Shown here: positions 52,400 through 64,000 of the stretch, in pieces
Numbering within the stretch: position 1 is the first letter of the stretch
Layout of the letters: the number at the start of each line of letters is the position of its first letter
NCBI GenBank assembly: GCA_016748015.1
Contig: JAAOMT010000436.1
Location: 1,235,660 to 1,299,659, forward strand
Length of the DNA: 64,000 nucleotides
Origin: Geosiphon pyriformis uo1
Lineage: Eukaryota; Fungi; Glomeromycota
Direction: 5' to 3'
Notes under the pieces: model-generated
The model's database searches: none
What the model was told of the DNA's origin: nothing
Seen by the model: the letters and a program-made list of their open reading frames with translations, nothing else
Translations under genes and position numbers: made by a program

Positions 52400-55265
52400 T
52401 TATTTTCTACCTTGATCTAACATGTCCCGATACTGGCTTTCAAAAGTTTGTGAATCAGGGACGACTTTAAGAGCTTTCGAATAAATTTCAGTAGCCTTAC
52501 TGAATTGCTTTCCATTCAAAAGAAATTGTATATAAGATAACCAGAGATCTAGAAAGTTGTATGAGAAAATGAGCTTGCATAATTCGTAGAAATATGAAAA
52601 TATATGTCGCTAAGAACCTCTAGTTTTTTCTGCATTGCCTATTTGTACAGCCTGATCATATAACCAAGTAATACGATTGAAAGTGAATGATGAGGCTGGA
52701 GAAGATGGTTGAAACTGATCCTCCTCTAACTCGATACAGATTTGATAAAAACCCTCAGTAGGGATTATCTGCGATAGAAGACTATAAATGAGTTTAAATT
52801 AATAACATGAAGTTTTAGATTCATCTTTTCTCATGCAAGAATCAGGAAATTAAATTCACCTTTCATAGACCTTCCTTGCCTTGTTAATTCCTCCTTGTTT
52901 GACGGCCCAGGTAAGATATCGATCAGCGACCAAGTTTTTAAGCTCAATTATTTCAGACAGATTCCCAATGATGGAGGAATTAGATATTGAAGAAACTTTG
53001 AGCATAGAAATCTAAAATATGTGATAAGAATGCTAATAAAATCTTATAAAAATGTTAAATCAAATCGCACTAGTAAGATTATTCGCTAAACCAAATTACC
53101 ATCAGCCTTTTATCCAGCTCTTCGTCATTAAAATGTTCCTCACTCCAACTTGCGAGAGTCCATGAAATATACGAGTCCCATAAGTATAATGAGTTGGGAT
53201 TTAATTTCAGCGCTTCAGCGTACAACAATAATTGGGTGTTATGGGGTTCATTTATTGTGAGTTCCATATTACTAATCCTTTTTATCCATAACTCTGGATT
53301 CTGGGGAAAATTGAGAGTTCCTTTTAGCAAAATGCTCTGTACTTTTTCAACTCGAGTGCTATCAGCATCGGAATTCGACAAAATCAAATCTGCCCAATTT
53401 GAATACATTCGATCGGATATTAATTGGAGATTTTCTGCAGTTTTATAAGCCTTATGTAATTCTGTTGAGAAAAGATCGCGCTGTTTTGATTTAAGAAATA
53501 ATAGATTTTAGAAGGATAAAGAAATTAACTTATCAAAAGAAAAATCATTACCAAATTTGATTGGCTCGTTTTCTTCAAGTTCTCATTAAGAAACTGTGTG
53601 TATAAATACCAAACTTCGGTATTGGCGAGCTCCTTAAACATCCAAAGAAACCAAAAACGTAAATAATAAATTAGCAGAAAGTAAGAGAAAAAAATCCCGC
53701 AACAAACCTCGAGGCATTTTTGAAACTCCGCTATGCTTTTATTCACAGCATCCACGAATTCCGGAGCTTCTTCATCAGATATGTAACTCAGATGTCGTTC
53801 AGCGAAATAAACACGAGCTCGAGTGTTGTCTGAAAAATCCTGGCGAATGCTAGAAATCTTTGAGACAAATATGGTAATGGTTTGAAATAGTAAAGTTATC
53901 ACGATCTAACCTTTGATAAACTTCTTCCTGACCAACAAACGTGTCCGAAAATTGTTTATATATATCAATAAACTTTTGACGAAATGATAAATCATTAGGA
54001 ATGGCTGAATTCGAGGAAAAAAATTGTAATAAATATATATGTATGTATGATGTAGAACGTTTTGTATATCCACAACAATACTTGATAAAAGTGGACAATT
54101 TACATACCTTTGATAGCATGATTAAAGGCAATTTTAGCCAGTTCACCAGTCATCAATTTATCATTATTCTTGATTTGAAGAAAACCTTCCTTTTTAATTT
54201 TTTCACCTGCTTTTGCCATCTCGTGTGCGAGAAATTCTTGGCCCGTAATTTTGGGTAATTTAAGCATGGTTTCTTCATCGAATTCGTCTGGCTTTACTTC
54301 ATCTGTTGTCTCCTCTGAGGTAGCAGAAATACCCAAAATTTCACGCCGAGCTTTTATTTTTGCGACATATATCAATTCTAACTTGAAATATTCGTGCCAA
54401 AGTTGTTTTGAAGTTGGGTTAAGCCGAAGACCACGTTCCATCAATACTAAATGTTTGAATAAAATAAAATCATTAAGGACCTAAAATTTCAGACAATAAA
54501 TAAATTAATAAATAAATAAAATGATCCGTAGTTTGTGAACCTCTTGCAGCAATAATATTCGTATTCCTCTCAAATTCCCATTGAGCGGCAAGAATCCAAA
54601 GGGGAGGTTTTGTAGGATGTAATTGAAGCGCACTACATTAGGATTAGAAATTTAGAATACAAAAAATTGAGTTGCAACTTATTCGAATGTTACCTTGCAA
54701 AAATCTTACTCAACAATTTGCCAGAGTTTGAGGATTTAGCAAATTCAATGTACTGTAACCATAACCCCAGATCTCCTTTGAATTTGTTTAATGCCCGATC
54801 AAAAATATGATAAATACGTCGTGGGATCGCATAATCTGATATGGTGGTTTTCCCTTTGACCTCTTATAGAATCAAATATCCAATAATCAGTTTAAGTCTA
54901 ATCTTATTTGTTTAAAAAATAACAAACAAAATCCGGATTGATATATACTTACTAAGACGCTTTTTCCTTGTTTTTCGTAATTGTTCCAAGTTCATCTCAT
55001 ACTCAATGTATCGCAGAAAATCGATTTTTTGCGATTGCATTCTTTTCAAAGCATATTCAAAATTTGTACGCCTTTTGATTATCGATTTTATTTCGGGCTA
55101 AAAGTTTAGATACATTTTTAGGGAGATGAACAATAAAGAACTTATAATAATAAACGTGGGACAAAAAAGCTGCCAAAGGGTAACCTTGTTGAATATATTT
55201 TTCTGCTCTAGATCCTCGAGCTCGGGGACCATTTGCTCAAGGTAAAACTGTACGGTTTCAGCCAT
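52400..55265 (-). CDS. UTP6: U3 snoRNA-associated protein 6 (SSU processome, HAT repeats)
   Basis: MAETVQFYLEQMVPELEDLEQK...IIKRRTNFEY...DFLRYIEYEMNLEQLRKTR...IFDRALNKFKGDLGLWLQYI...ALQLHP...MERGLRLNP...LWHEYFKLEL. Many introns; 3' end approximate. Confidence 0.92.
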
Positions 55266-55529
55266 ATTTGCTAGGTAGGAAGGAGAGAATGCTCACAAGG
55301 AACATTAAATTTTCGGCGCCTTTTTTAATTCAGTGAGTCATAGAGGATTGATTCTGATTGGGCAAAATGCTTAGTAGAAAACAGTTATATATAGAGGATA
55401 GGTTGTAGAGATGACGCACGAATAGAACCTTTGTATTAACCTCTTTTATTCAAAATCTATCTCTGCGGTTTTTATTATACTCTTTAAGTTTTTCTAATTT
55501 TCATCTCAAGGAACAAAAAAACTCACAAG

Positions 55530-56110
55530 ATGTCGACTGAGGCTCGTCGTAGGTTGATGCGAGACTTTAAACGCCTTCAGAATGACCCACCAGGTGGTAT
55601 CTCTGGGGCACCTTGTCCTGATAATATTTTATTGTGGAACGCTGTGATCTTTGGTCCTGGTATGTTTCTCGTCTTACAGCAGGAAAAACTTGAAGCGAAT
55701 AGTGCAAGAAACAAGAGAAACTTTTTTGATCTGTGCACATTGTTTTTGTTTGTCTCATAATTTACCCTTGGGTCTATTAATGTATAGCTGATACGCCTTT
55801 TGAAGATGGAACTTTTAAACTTGCACTTCAATTCGATGAAAATTATCCAAACAAGCCACCTTCAGTTAAATTTATCTCAAAGATGTTTCATCCTAATGTG
55901 TACGCAAACGGTGAATTATGTCTGGACATTTTGCAGAATAGATGGTCGCCCACTTATGACGTTGCTGCAATCTTGACCAGTATTCAAAGTTTGTTGCACG
56001 ACCCGAATCCAAATTCGCCAGCCAATGCAGAGGCTGCTAATTTATATCGGGAAAACAGAAAAGAATATACTAGGAGGGTTCGAGATATTGTAGAGAATTC
56101 GTGGGAATGA
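55530..56110 (+). CDS. RAD6: Ubiquitin-conjugating enzyme E2 Rad6/Ubc2
   Basis: [16 protein letters not shown]...WNAVIFGP, intron 55660-55787, [11 protein letters not shown]...[25 protein letters not shown]...ENSWE*. Confidence 0.97.
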
Positions 56111-56464
56111 GCTTATAGATCTTCAATGAAACGAGGCGTATCATGAACGGAGGCGATTAATCTTTTCATTTTAGTGTAAATTAGAAAATTTTATCCTGAA
56201 TAATCGACAATTTGGGTCTCATTATTACTTAGATCTATATCCTTTTTGTGAATATATCCTTGCAACGTTTGCCTTTTTCTCACATTCGGTTTATAGTTTT
56301 TCGTAAAGTCGTTGGTTCCCAAAAAAATACAAAAATAAATTAATTTACTATCTTGCACCCAAAGTTCAGAGCTTTCAAGTATTCCTTTAGAAAACGCAGC
56401 AACATTTTGCAAAGAAACTTTTTTTTTCGTGGCTCACGATACAAGACATGTAACCAAATAATTA

Positions 56465-59238
56465 TCACTCTCGTTTACTATACAACATGGAATTCTTATC
56501 TTCATTACCCGCTTCTCTAATTGCGAAATCCAATGCTTCCATAATTCTATTGAATCTTCGGATTGTTCCCAAGGTTCCATATGCCTGATCATTTTCACGA
56601 ATTTTAATATTGGAAGTGTTGGTAAGAGATAAGTCCCCACAGCGCTTTATCACATTTGTCACGAGACTTTCAAAAACACCCTGTAAATAGTTCAAGTTAA
56701 ATTGAGAAATATAGTTTGACGTGCAAATCAATTAATAAAAATCAAATATTAATTTAATTACTTTCGGAGTATGATGATCGCTCTCAATTATAGGAGCTTG
56801 TACTTTAACAGACTCTCCTAATGATTCAAGCTCAGGACGATCCACCTCCTGGAAATTCTAAAAATAATAATAATAAAAATAATAATATGATTGATCTATT
56901 TCCAAAATTAAAAACAGTTTTTTTTTTATCATAATGATGACCTTTCGAGCTTTTTCCTGCTTTCGGAATTTCGCTTGCAAATTATTAATATCTCCACGAA
57001 CTTCTTGTCGTTGATTTTGGATATCCAATAACTCGTTCCGCAATTCTTTGGTTCGTAACCGAGTTTTACGCAAAGCAGATTGTAAAGAGGAATGCTCATC
57101 GAAAAGATCACTCTGTAAATTTTATACCAAAAACCAATATTTCTTCAAATTCCTCCTGGAGCGCCGTTATATATCAAAAACGACACAAACCTGTTCTATA
57201 ATGTACAGCTCTACTTCACTTTTAAAACGACCAAATTCCTTGGAGAAATCATGATCGTCTCTAGTAAAGAACTTTTCAATTAAATGATTTTATAATTAAT
57301 CGAAAAATAAAATTTCACTCACGAAAATTCTTGGATCATTGAAGTGATAGTTTCTCCAATCACATCCATGGTATTAATCCTAGCCCTTCTTTGCAAAACT
57401 TTACCATTTTTGTCTTTCACAGATGGAGGTATTAATTTAATACACTTGACTTTACGCTGTCTGATTGGAAAACGTGCTTTTGCATTGCGCCTGGGCTGCT
57501 TATCATTTTCCAAAACGTTGTGATCTGAAATTTTAGATGTCTCTTCAACAATTTTCATCTTCACGTCTTCCGATGAAATATTAGGGGATTTATCATCATC
57601 ATCATCATCATCATCGTCATCATCATCAGTTGGTATGTCGGAGGGACTTTCTATCTCATTGTTGAGAGCAGTTGAAGATGTTGATGGAATAGGTGTTTTA
57701 GGTGGTGAGAAACTTCTGATAACTCTTCCTTTTATTTTCTGAAAAATATATTAGTAAACAATTTGAAAATCTCAAATAAATAATTGAAATACCTTTTGCG
57801 TTTGTGCACGCTTATGAACCTCAACTCGTGCTCTTTTAAGCGTTTTGACATTCTCGCTTTTTGGAGGGATAACAGAACGAACAATTTTTTGAAGCTTTGA
57901 TACGACTTGAGACTCGCTGATAGTTTCATTGCCACTATTAACATCACCTTCATCGATGTCCATTATTGTGTTGGATTGCTCCAACAATATCTCATCGTTA
58001 GGGTTTTCTGTTGGGATTGAAATGGTGTGTCTGTCGAAGGTTTTTGATGAATTTTCAAGAGGTGGAATTGAGACTAATTTTCCGTTTTGCCAATATGAGA
58101 GTAGATAATTGGACGAAGTGCCTGATTCAAAAAGAAGGTTAAACTAGAAAGTTCAAAAATGAATAAAAATCGAAGGATACAATTAGTCTCAAGATTTATT
58201 GATTTACCTAGTTCCTTGTTAGTTTTCCTAGTTGTACGAACATTTGAAGACATTTTAATATCGTCCAGAATGGAAGATTGGAGGGGGAGTTTAGATGAGC
58301 TAATTGATTCCTTTGATATGTTGGGTTTAACGAGCGTATCAGGCCTTTTTAAGCTACCTGAGCTTGTGGTTGATAATTTATTTTTAAATATGTTGGAATC
58401 ATTTGAGGTATAAGATAAATCCTTCAAGTTGATCGAACTAGAGGATGGAATAGCGTGAATACTTTCATCCAAGAGGTTTGAGGATCCTGAATTATCAGTT
58501 TCTTGAAGGGTTATGGAGGTTACCCTTGCAGCAAAATCTGGTGGAGTTTGTGAAGATCTGGGTTCAGGTGATGAATTATGATGAACAAGTAATTTTTCTT
58601 CAATTTCTTCTATTATTAGTGGCGATATATTTTCTTTAATCTCTTCTATAGACTTGGAGGTTTCGATTGTTTTCGTTCCTTTTTTCATTAACTCTGATGT
58701 TCCATTTTTTTCAACTTGCATGAAATCTGAGGAGAATCCTTTTTTAGTTCCTACAATTAACTCTTCAATCCTTTCAATTAACTCTCCCGATTGACTTTCT
58801 TCAATCCTTTCAATTAACTCTTCCGATTGTCTTTCTTCAATCCTTTCAATTAAATCAGATGGTCTGGTCAACGAGGATGAAGGTGGGAATTGTTTCAGTT
58901 GTATTGAGAAGGGTGGAGGTTGCGTTTCATTATTTATGGGTGCGACGATTGTGAAGTTTCTGACTTGGGTTTGATGTGTACTAAAAACAAAATTAAAAAA
59001 GGTTTGCTGGTTAGGTAATGTTATCAATTAAGTATTGTACGTGAAGACCTCAAAATAGAAACGAAAAAATTATTACACACCCGGGACCTCTTCTCCTTTG
59101 AAGAGCCCTTTCTTGATATTTTTCTGGTACGTTTGGACCTAATTCAAAGGTGAGTCCGATGCCTCAGAATCAGCCATTGTTGAAATTTTTCTTGAAGGTG
59201 GGGGTTTAACAAATTACCAGACCTTCAGCAGTAGACAT
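56465..59238 (-). CDS. Probable inner-kinetochore CENP-U/Ame1/Mis17 homolog
   Basis: Spliced N-terminus MSTAEGPNVPEKYQERALQRRRGPGTHQTQVRNFTI resembles the RQRGAG...F motif of fungal Ame1. A long S/E-rich disordered middle leads to C-terminal INTMDVI...FKSEVE...LRKTRLRTKELRNELLDIQNQRQEV coiled coil. Family call is from memory. Confidence 0.55.
58757..58858 (-). repeat. Three 36-bp coding tandem repeats (LIERIEE...)
   Basis: TCTTCAATCCTTTCAATTAA occurs three times at 36-bp spacing. Confidence 0.9.
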
Positions 59239-59339
59239 GATCGAAGTACTTTGCATTCCTATGACAGGCAAAAATATAATTTGAATACTTTTGTAAGTTG
59301 CGAAATTATTTACTCTATTATACCGTCATGAATGACATC

Positions 59340-59460
59340 ACGCGTTACCGATCCGGACCGGGGTCATCCTGCTAAAAGATCGACAAAATTAATTTTTTGC
59401 TGGCACGCGTCGTGAAAAGATCGACAAAATAAATTTTTTACTGCCACGCGTCGTGAAAAC
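59340..59460. promoter_or_regulatory. Cluster of three MCB (ACGCGT) elements, two inside a 41-bp tandem duplication
   Basis: ACGCGT at 59340, 59405 and 59446, about 100-210 bp upstream of ATG 59238. Confidence 0.6.
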
Positions 59461-60419
59461 TCGAACTTTGCTACAAATATGTCTGACCTGCAAAGACTTC
59501 ACTATTTTGAAAACAGTTTATCATGGTGTTTAAAAAGTTTTTTACGATGGAGTTTGTTCTATGCTCCCGATTTTAGTGACAAAGCCAGTGAGCATCGTGT
59601 TTACAAGACATACTTGGACTCTATTCGGAAAAAGAAATGGGACCCGACAGATGAATTTATGCAGTACATTAATCAGTTTGATGAAACTGTATGTAACAGA
59701 AACAATATTCCAACTATTGTTCGAAAATCATTTATTCATGGGAGATTCAATTCATGTTATCATGAGGCGCAACATATTTTAACCCATTTGTGAGTATATA
59801 TATACTTGGCGTTTATTGATTCGCGGATCCAGGCAAGGGTTCTTACGAATTGATAGCAGACTTTCTGTTTGGTGCCACACAATGGCAACAACAAAGTTTT
59901 GGATCAACATCTTATTTTCGCGAAAAGTTTTCCCCGTTTTACATAGAATATCTAAGTTTTTAGGTTTTCCAAAATTAAATATCATTTTTGATTTTTGAGA
60001 GAGCGTATCCTTTAAGTGTAAAAATTGTACAAAAGTCTTGGTCATACTTTTATCTTTAGACTTTTATATCCATTTACTTTTTCTATGTATTTTAGACCTT
60101 TCCTTTTGCCCCCTTCGCATCGTCCTTTTTTTTTTTTTTACATGATCACTTTTTGGGGAAACAAAAGAGTCAACTCTAGTATTGCAAATTAATATTAATT
60201 CACCCCTTTTTTTTCCCCCAATTTCTTTGGCGTTTCTTTTTCTACCAAGCCACTTATTTGAATTCTTGCCTTCCTTTCCAAAACCACAGAATTCCACCGA
60301 TGCTTTATTAATGGCAATTGTTCCCAACCTTTTTACTCTAGCCAAAAGATTCTACAAAGAACATAGAATTCTAGAGAGTAAGGCCTTGGTTATTATTAAA
60401 ATTAAACAACAGTTTTTTG

Positions 60420-61763
60420 GTACTCACCCTATAAAGAAAAACAATTTGCAGACTGACAATAATTCCTTCACATGGCCATCATGAGTCGGCAATAACTCCG
60501 ATCCCCACTACCAAATTCCATATAATTCTCCACTCACTTGCAGCAAAATATAAAAACGAATACGATATCCTATTAGCTGAAAAAAAGGAATGGCAATCAG
60601 CTCCCATGCATCTTGCACAATGGGTTGGAAGAGGATTGAGACCACTGGTTTCAAAACACAGTGTCTGAAAAGCGATATGTTGTGAACGGGCAACTTTCAC
60701 AACATCCATAAAGTCTGTTTTTCCTCTATCCAAAGAGTCTTTGCATTTTGGACCTGAATTTTCACCACATCCAATTTCTTGGTGGTCAGACTAAAAATGC
60801 ATTAATAAAAAAATTATGAGTAAAAATGCATTAATAAAAAAAGTTTAAGAATAAAAAAATTATGTACAAGAAAAAGGTAATCACAGGATTTTCGGAACGT
60901 CAAAGCGTAAAGCTAAAGGTAAGGAGTTGGATTGGGACGTATTCTTTTTCAACTCTCAATCAATCTTTCATCTTTAAGTTGAGGAAAAAAGCACAAAGAA
61001 GCTTCGCATTGAGGAAACGGAAGCAGATGAAATCAGCTCAGACGAGCAAAAAGAGAGTCAGGCGTCAGGGAACGATGACTTTCTCGATCAGCTGTATGAA
61101 AAGTTCTTGAGCAGATTAAAATCGTTCAAATGGCATTTTAGTAAGAGGAAATGACGCCTGACTGACCTCTTCCTGTTCGTCGAAGCTGGGTTTATCTACT
61201 TCTGTTTCCTCAATGCAAAGCTTCTTTGTGCCCTTTTCCTCAACTTAAAGATGAAAGATTGATTGAGAGTTGACAAAGAATACGTCCCATTCCAACTCCT
61301 TACCTTTAGCTTTGCCCTTTGACGTTCCTCCCTTATTATGATTTTTCGGCTGACATTTTCACCACTAAGTATTTCAGTGAGAAGGCGTGCACATATTACA
61401 TTGTGAGTAAGGAACTACATCACGCGATGTCATTTTAACAAGAGGAAAAAACACTAACCAAACTTTTTTCAAATGCCTTCAGTTTCTTCAGGATAGCTAA
61501 AGTGTGATCTGGGAACCAATTAATTAAGCGCCTGATATCGCTTGACAAGACATCATGAGAGCCCTTTATCATCACATTCGTTTGGTTATAAATCTTATCC
61601 CATTTTGAAATATTTCCCCAGCTAGAGATGGGTTGCTTCCAGTATTCTGTATTATATTTGTTAACGTATGAAGAAAATATAAAATAATACTAATAATAAA
61701 AAAGTAATTACGAGGGCATTTGAGCTTCTTGATCATGTAAATTAATAGTTCCAAGGAAGACAT
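60420..61763 (-). pseudogene. Pseudogene of a multicopy-type gene with a predicted C-terminal PD-(D/E)XK-like domain
   Basis: N-terminal EYWKQPISSWGNISKWD...SHDVLSSDIRRLINWFP; C-terminal EIGCGENSGP...KTDFMDVVKVAR...IPFFQLIGYRIRFYIL...LYGIW*WGSELLPT with a frameshift and an internal stop. The middle is replaced by an inverted segment. The fold assignment is an inference. Confidence 0.5.
60894..61328. repeat. Long inverted repeat (arms 60894-61067 and 61152-61328, spacer ~85 bp)
   Basis: The arms are reverse complements, e.g. AAAGCTAAAGGTAAGGAGTTGGA versus TCCAACTCCTTACCTTTAGCTTT and TCAACTCTCAATCAATCTTTCATCTTTAAGTTGAGGAAAA versus its complement, with scattered mismatches. Confidence 0.95.
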
Positions 61764-63069
61764 TGAACGGGTGGAAAATTTGGGGTGTTAAAAAAGCTGG
61801 TGATAGAAGGATGCGTATGTAAGACGAGGTATTAGCGTTGCAATGTCAGGCAAAAAACAAAGGATTGGGAAGTATGAAAAAAAGAGCAAAAACAAACGAA
61901 AGTAAACATCGTGACCATACTCTTTCTAGTCACCATCATAGTCAACGTCATATGAGAATTCACAATTCTCATTTGGATATTTTCAATGCCAGCATGTCCT
62001 TGTGTCAAGGGATTTTCATTGTAAAACCATCTAAAGTTGGAAATCAAAAATAGTTTGACTATCATGTACACATTAAAAAATCATACGGTTCAAGAAGTTC
62101 AAGTGCTCCTTCAGGACTTTCGCAACTGAAAGTCCCTTTAAAATAATGTTATATTAAAGAACGCTTCTCTCAACAAGTGGCTGTCAAATTTACTGTCAAA
62201 AATCACCAAAATGGGGTTGGTACGCTCATAAATTGTTGAAGAAAACTTTATCCTAAGGCCAATTAAAGTATACAAATGCAAAAGTGGTGTACTGAAATAT
62301 CGGGGTGTACGCATTTCTAAGTGATCCCAGAAGAACTCACTTGGAAGGAGTTTGCTCTTTGGTGAATTCTCTCCCTCTTTTTCGTTCTATAAACGGGTTA
62401 AGGGTACTAATGGGATGTTTCAAATTAAATATATGTATATAGTCTGAAGACGATATTTTCTAATTTTCAAACAAATTAATAGGTTATCAATGGGGTAATA
62501 CTATATTTTCTCTTTAGTAGGATTACACAACTCTTCCGCGCCTTTCCTCTAGTTTCGAATGAAATTTATCTATTCGAAGAATTTCACCAAGTGGTCTTGG
62601 AAATATCTCATTTAAAAGAATAAAGCGCCATTCTTGAAGGTGGGAAATTTTGAGGTCAGGAACGTGTTAATCACCCTATCGGAGAATTTATCATTTGAAA
62701 AATGCCAGATAAAGTAGTTACAGAAATTAAAAAAATTCAAACTTCCTAATAGTTATTGAACCGATATTTCCTATATATTAATAAATCCATTTCTAAAATA
62801 AACATTTTTCTTATGAGAATACCTGCCAAAAGGCTGAGGAAAGGACTTCTTTTTTTTTTTTTAATTGATGTTTTAACTAAATGAGAATAATAACTTTTTA
62901 TCGTTATTGTTTTCGTGATATATCGAAGTTAAACGTTCAAGTAACGATTTCCAAGCCTACTTACTGGAAGACATAATACACGAACGAAAGAATTTATTTA
63001 AAATAATGCTTTTATTGTTTAAGTATACAAAAAAATCAATGTTTAATCATAAAAAAAGATTATAGTTAA

Positions 63070-63103
<34 letters not shown>

Positions 63104-63239
63104 TATTTTTATTTAATTTTTCAAGTAAATATTACAATTAAAAAATTGATACCTGTACAATTAAAATTATATATACAAGAAAATTTTAATATTTTATAAA
63201 AATATTCAATTATATATATATATATATATTAATTTTACA

Positions 63240-63291
<52 letters not shown>

Positions 63292-64000
63292 ATTATTAAT
63301 AATTTTTTAAATGGTTTATTTTTTTTAATTGTTTAATAAAGTGTGGCCCCCAATCACTATTTCTATATACATATAATAAACGTAGCTCATGCTTTGTCCA
63401 CGCGTGACCAGCCACCCAGTCAAGACAACAACTTAAAAAGTATTTATATTTAATTTTATTGATTTTTATAATAATAAATTAATCAAGTAAAATTAAAATA
63501 TATAAATTAAATTCATCCAGGATTTTGTTCACTATGATTAGGAGTTGACTATATGCCAAATTAAAATATGTTGAATATGATATAATTTCTAAAATTATGT
63601 ATGCAAACAAACTTTAATAATTACGTATTTGAAAAAATATTCACGGACTCATGTTAAATTGGATAATTACATCATTAATCTTTTAATCTTTAATCAATTG
63701 GTACATTGTAGAAAAATTCGGTGATCATTTTAAATCTTGTGAACAAAACATGTTTAAATGGTGACATAAAATTGACAACAATGATAAATATTCACGGGAG
63801 ATGAAAGAATGCACTCAACTCAAGTGATGTCAGAGAGATGAAAGAGTAAATTATTATTAGAAATTTTCAGAGATGGGCGGGTAAAACGTATAAAAAAGAT
63901 TGATCAAGCCAGGTAAAAAGTAACGAAACAAATCTCAAAAGAAAGAAGAATTATAAAATCCTTTTTTTTTTTTTTTTTTTTCCCTCTAAAATCTTAATTT

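Noticed and set aside
59479-60045. 104-aa + strand ORF and neighbours
   Set aside because: Possibly a decayed multicopy gene, but no family could be supported.
61830-62720. Coding-like fragments
   Set aside because: Multiple stops in all frames tried; unassignable.

Overview
AT-rich, intron-containing fungal chromosome segment. The gene set, intron style and LINE family point to Glomeromycotina (Geosiphon/Ambispora-like; an inference from recalled protein similarity, not a search). Gene-dense islands encode Opy2, a C-terminal Zn2Cys6 transcription factor, Vma16, an SVIP-like protein, Tvp18, a Gcn4/CpcA bZIP, Bio2, an unknown protein, Mrps5, a Rieske/FAD AIF-like oxidoreductase, a CobD/HisC-like PLP enzyme, Med18, Utp6, Rad6 and a probable CENP-U/Ame1. 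These alternate with transposon blocks: a full-length LTR retrotransposon (3420-12183, TSD TTAC) with two nested LINE pieces, a full-length LINE (about 26700-33511) and a hAT element (about 33788-38072). Main points of interest: (1) the transposons are destroyed almost only by C>T/G>A transitions in CpG and non-CpG contexts with very few indels, a RIP-like signature outside Dikarya; (2) a GCN4-type uORF leader on the bZIP gene; (3) a roughly 175-bp-arm hairpin built from two paralogous gene fragments inside a pseudogene; (4) three MCB boxes upstream of the kinetochore gene; (5) ATGA coupling of LINE ORF1 and ORF2. Exon boundaries were read by eye and are approximate where stated.
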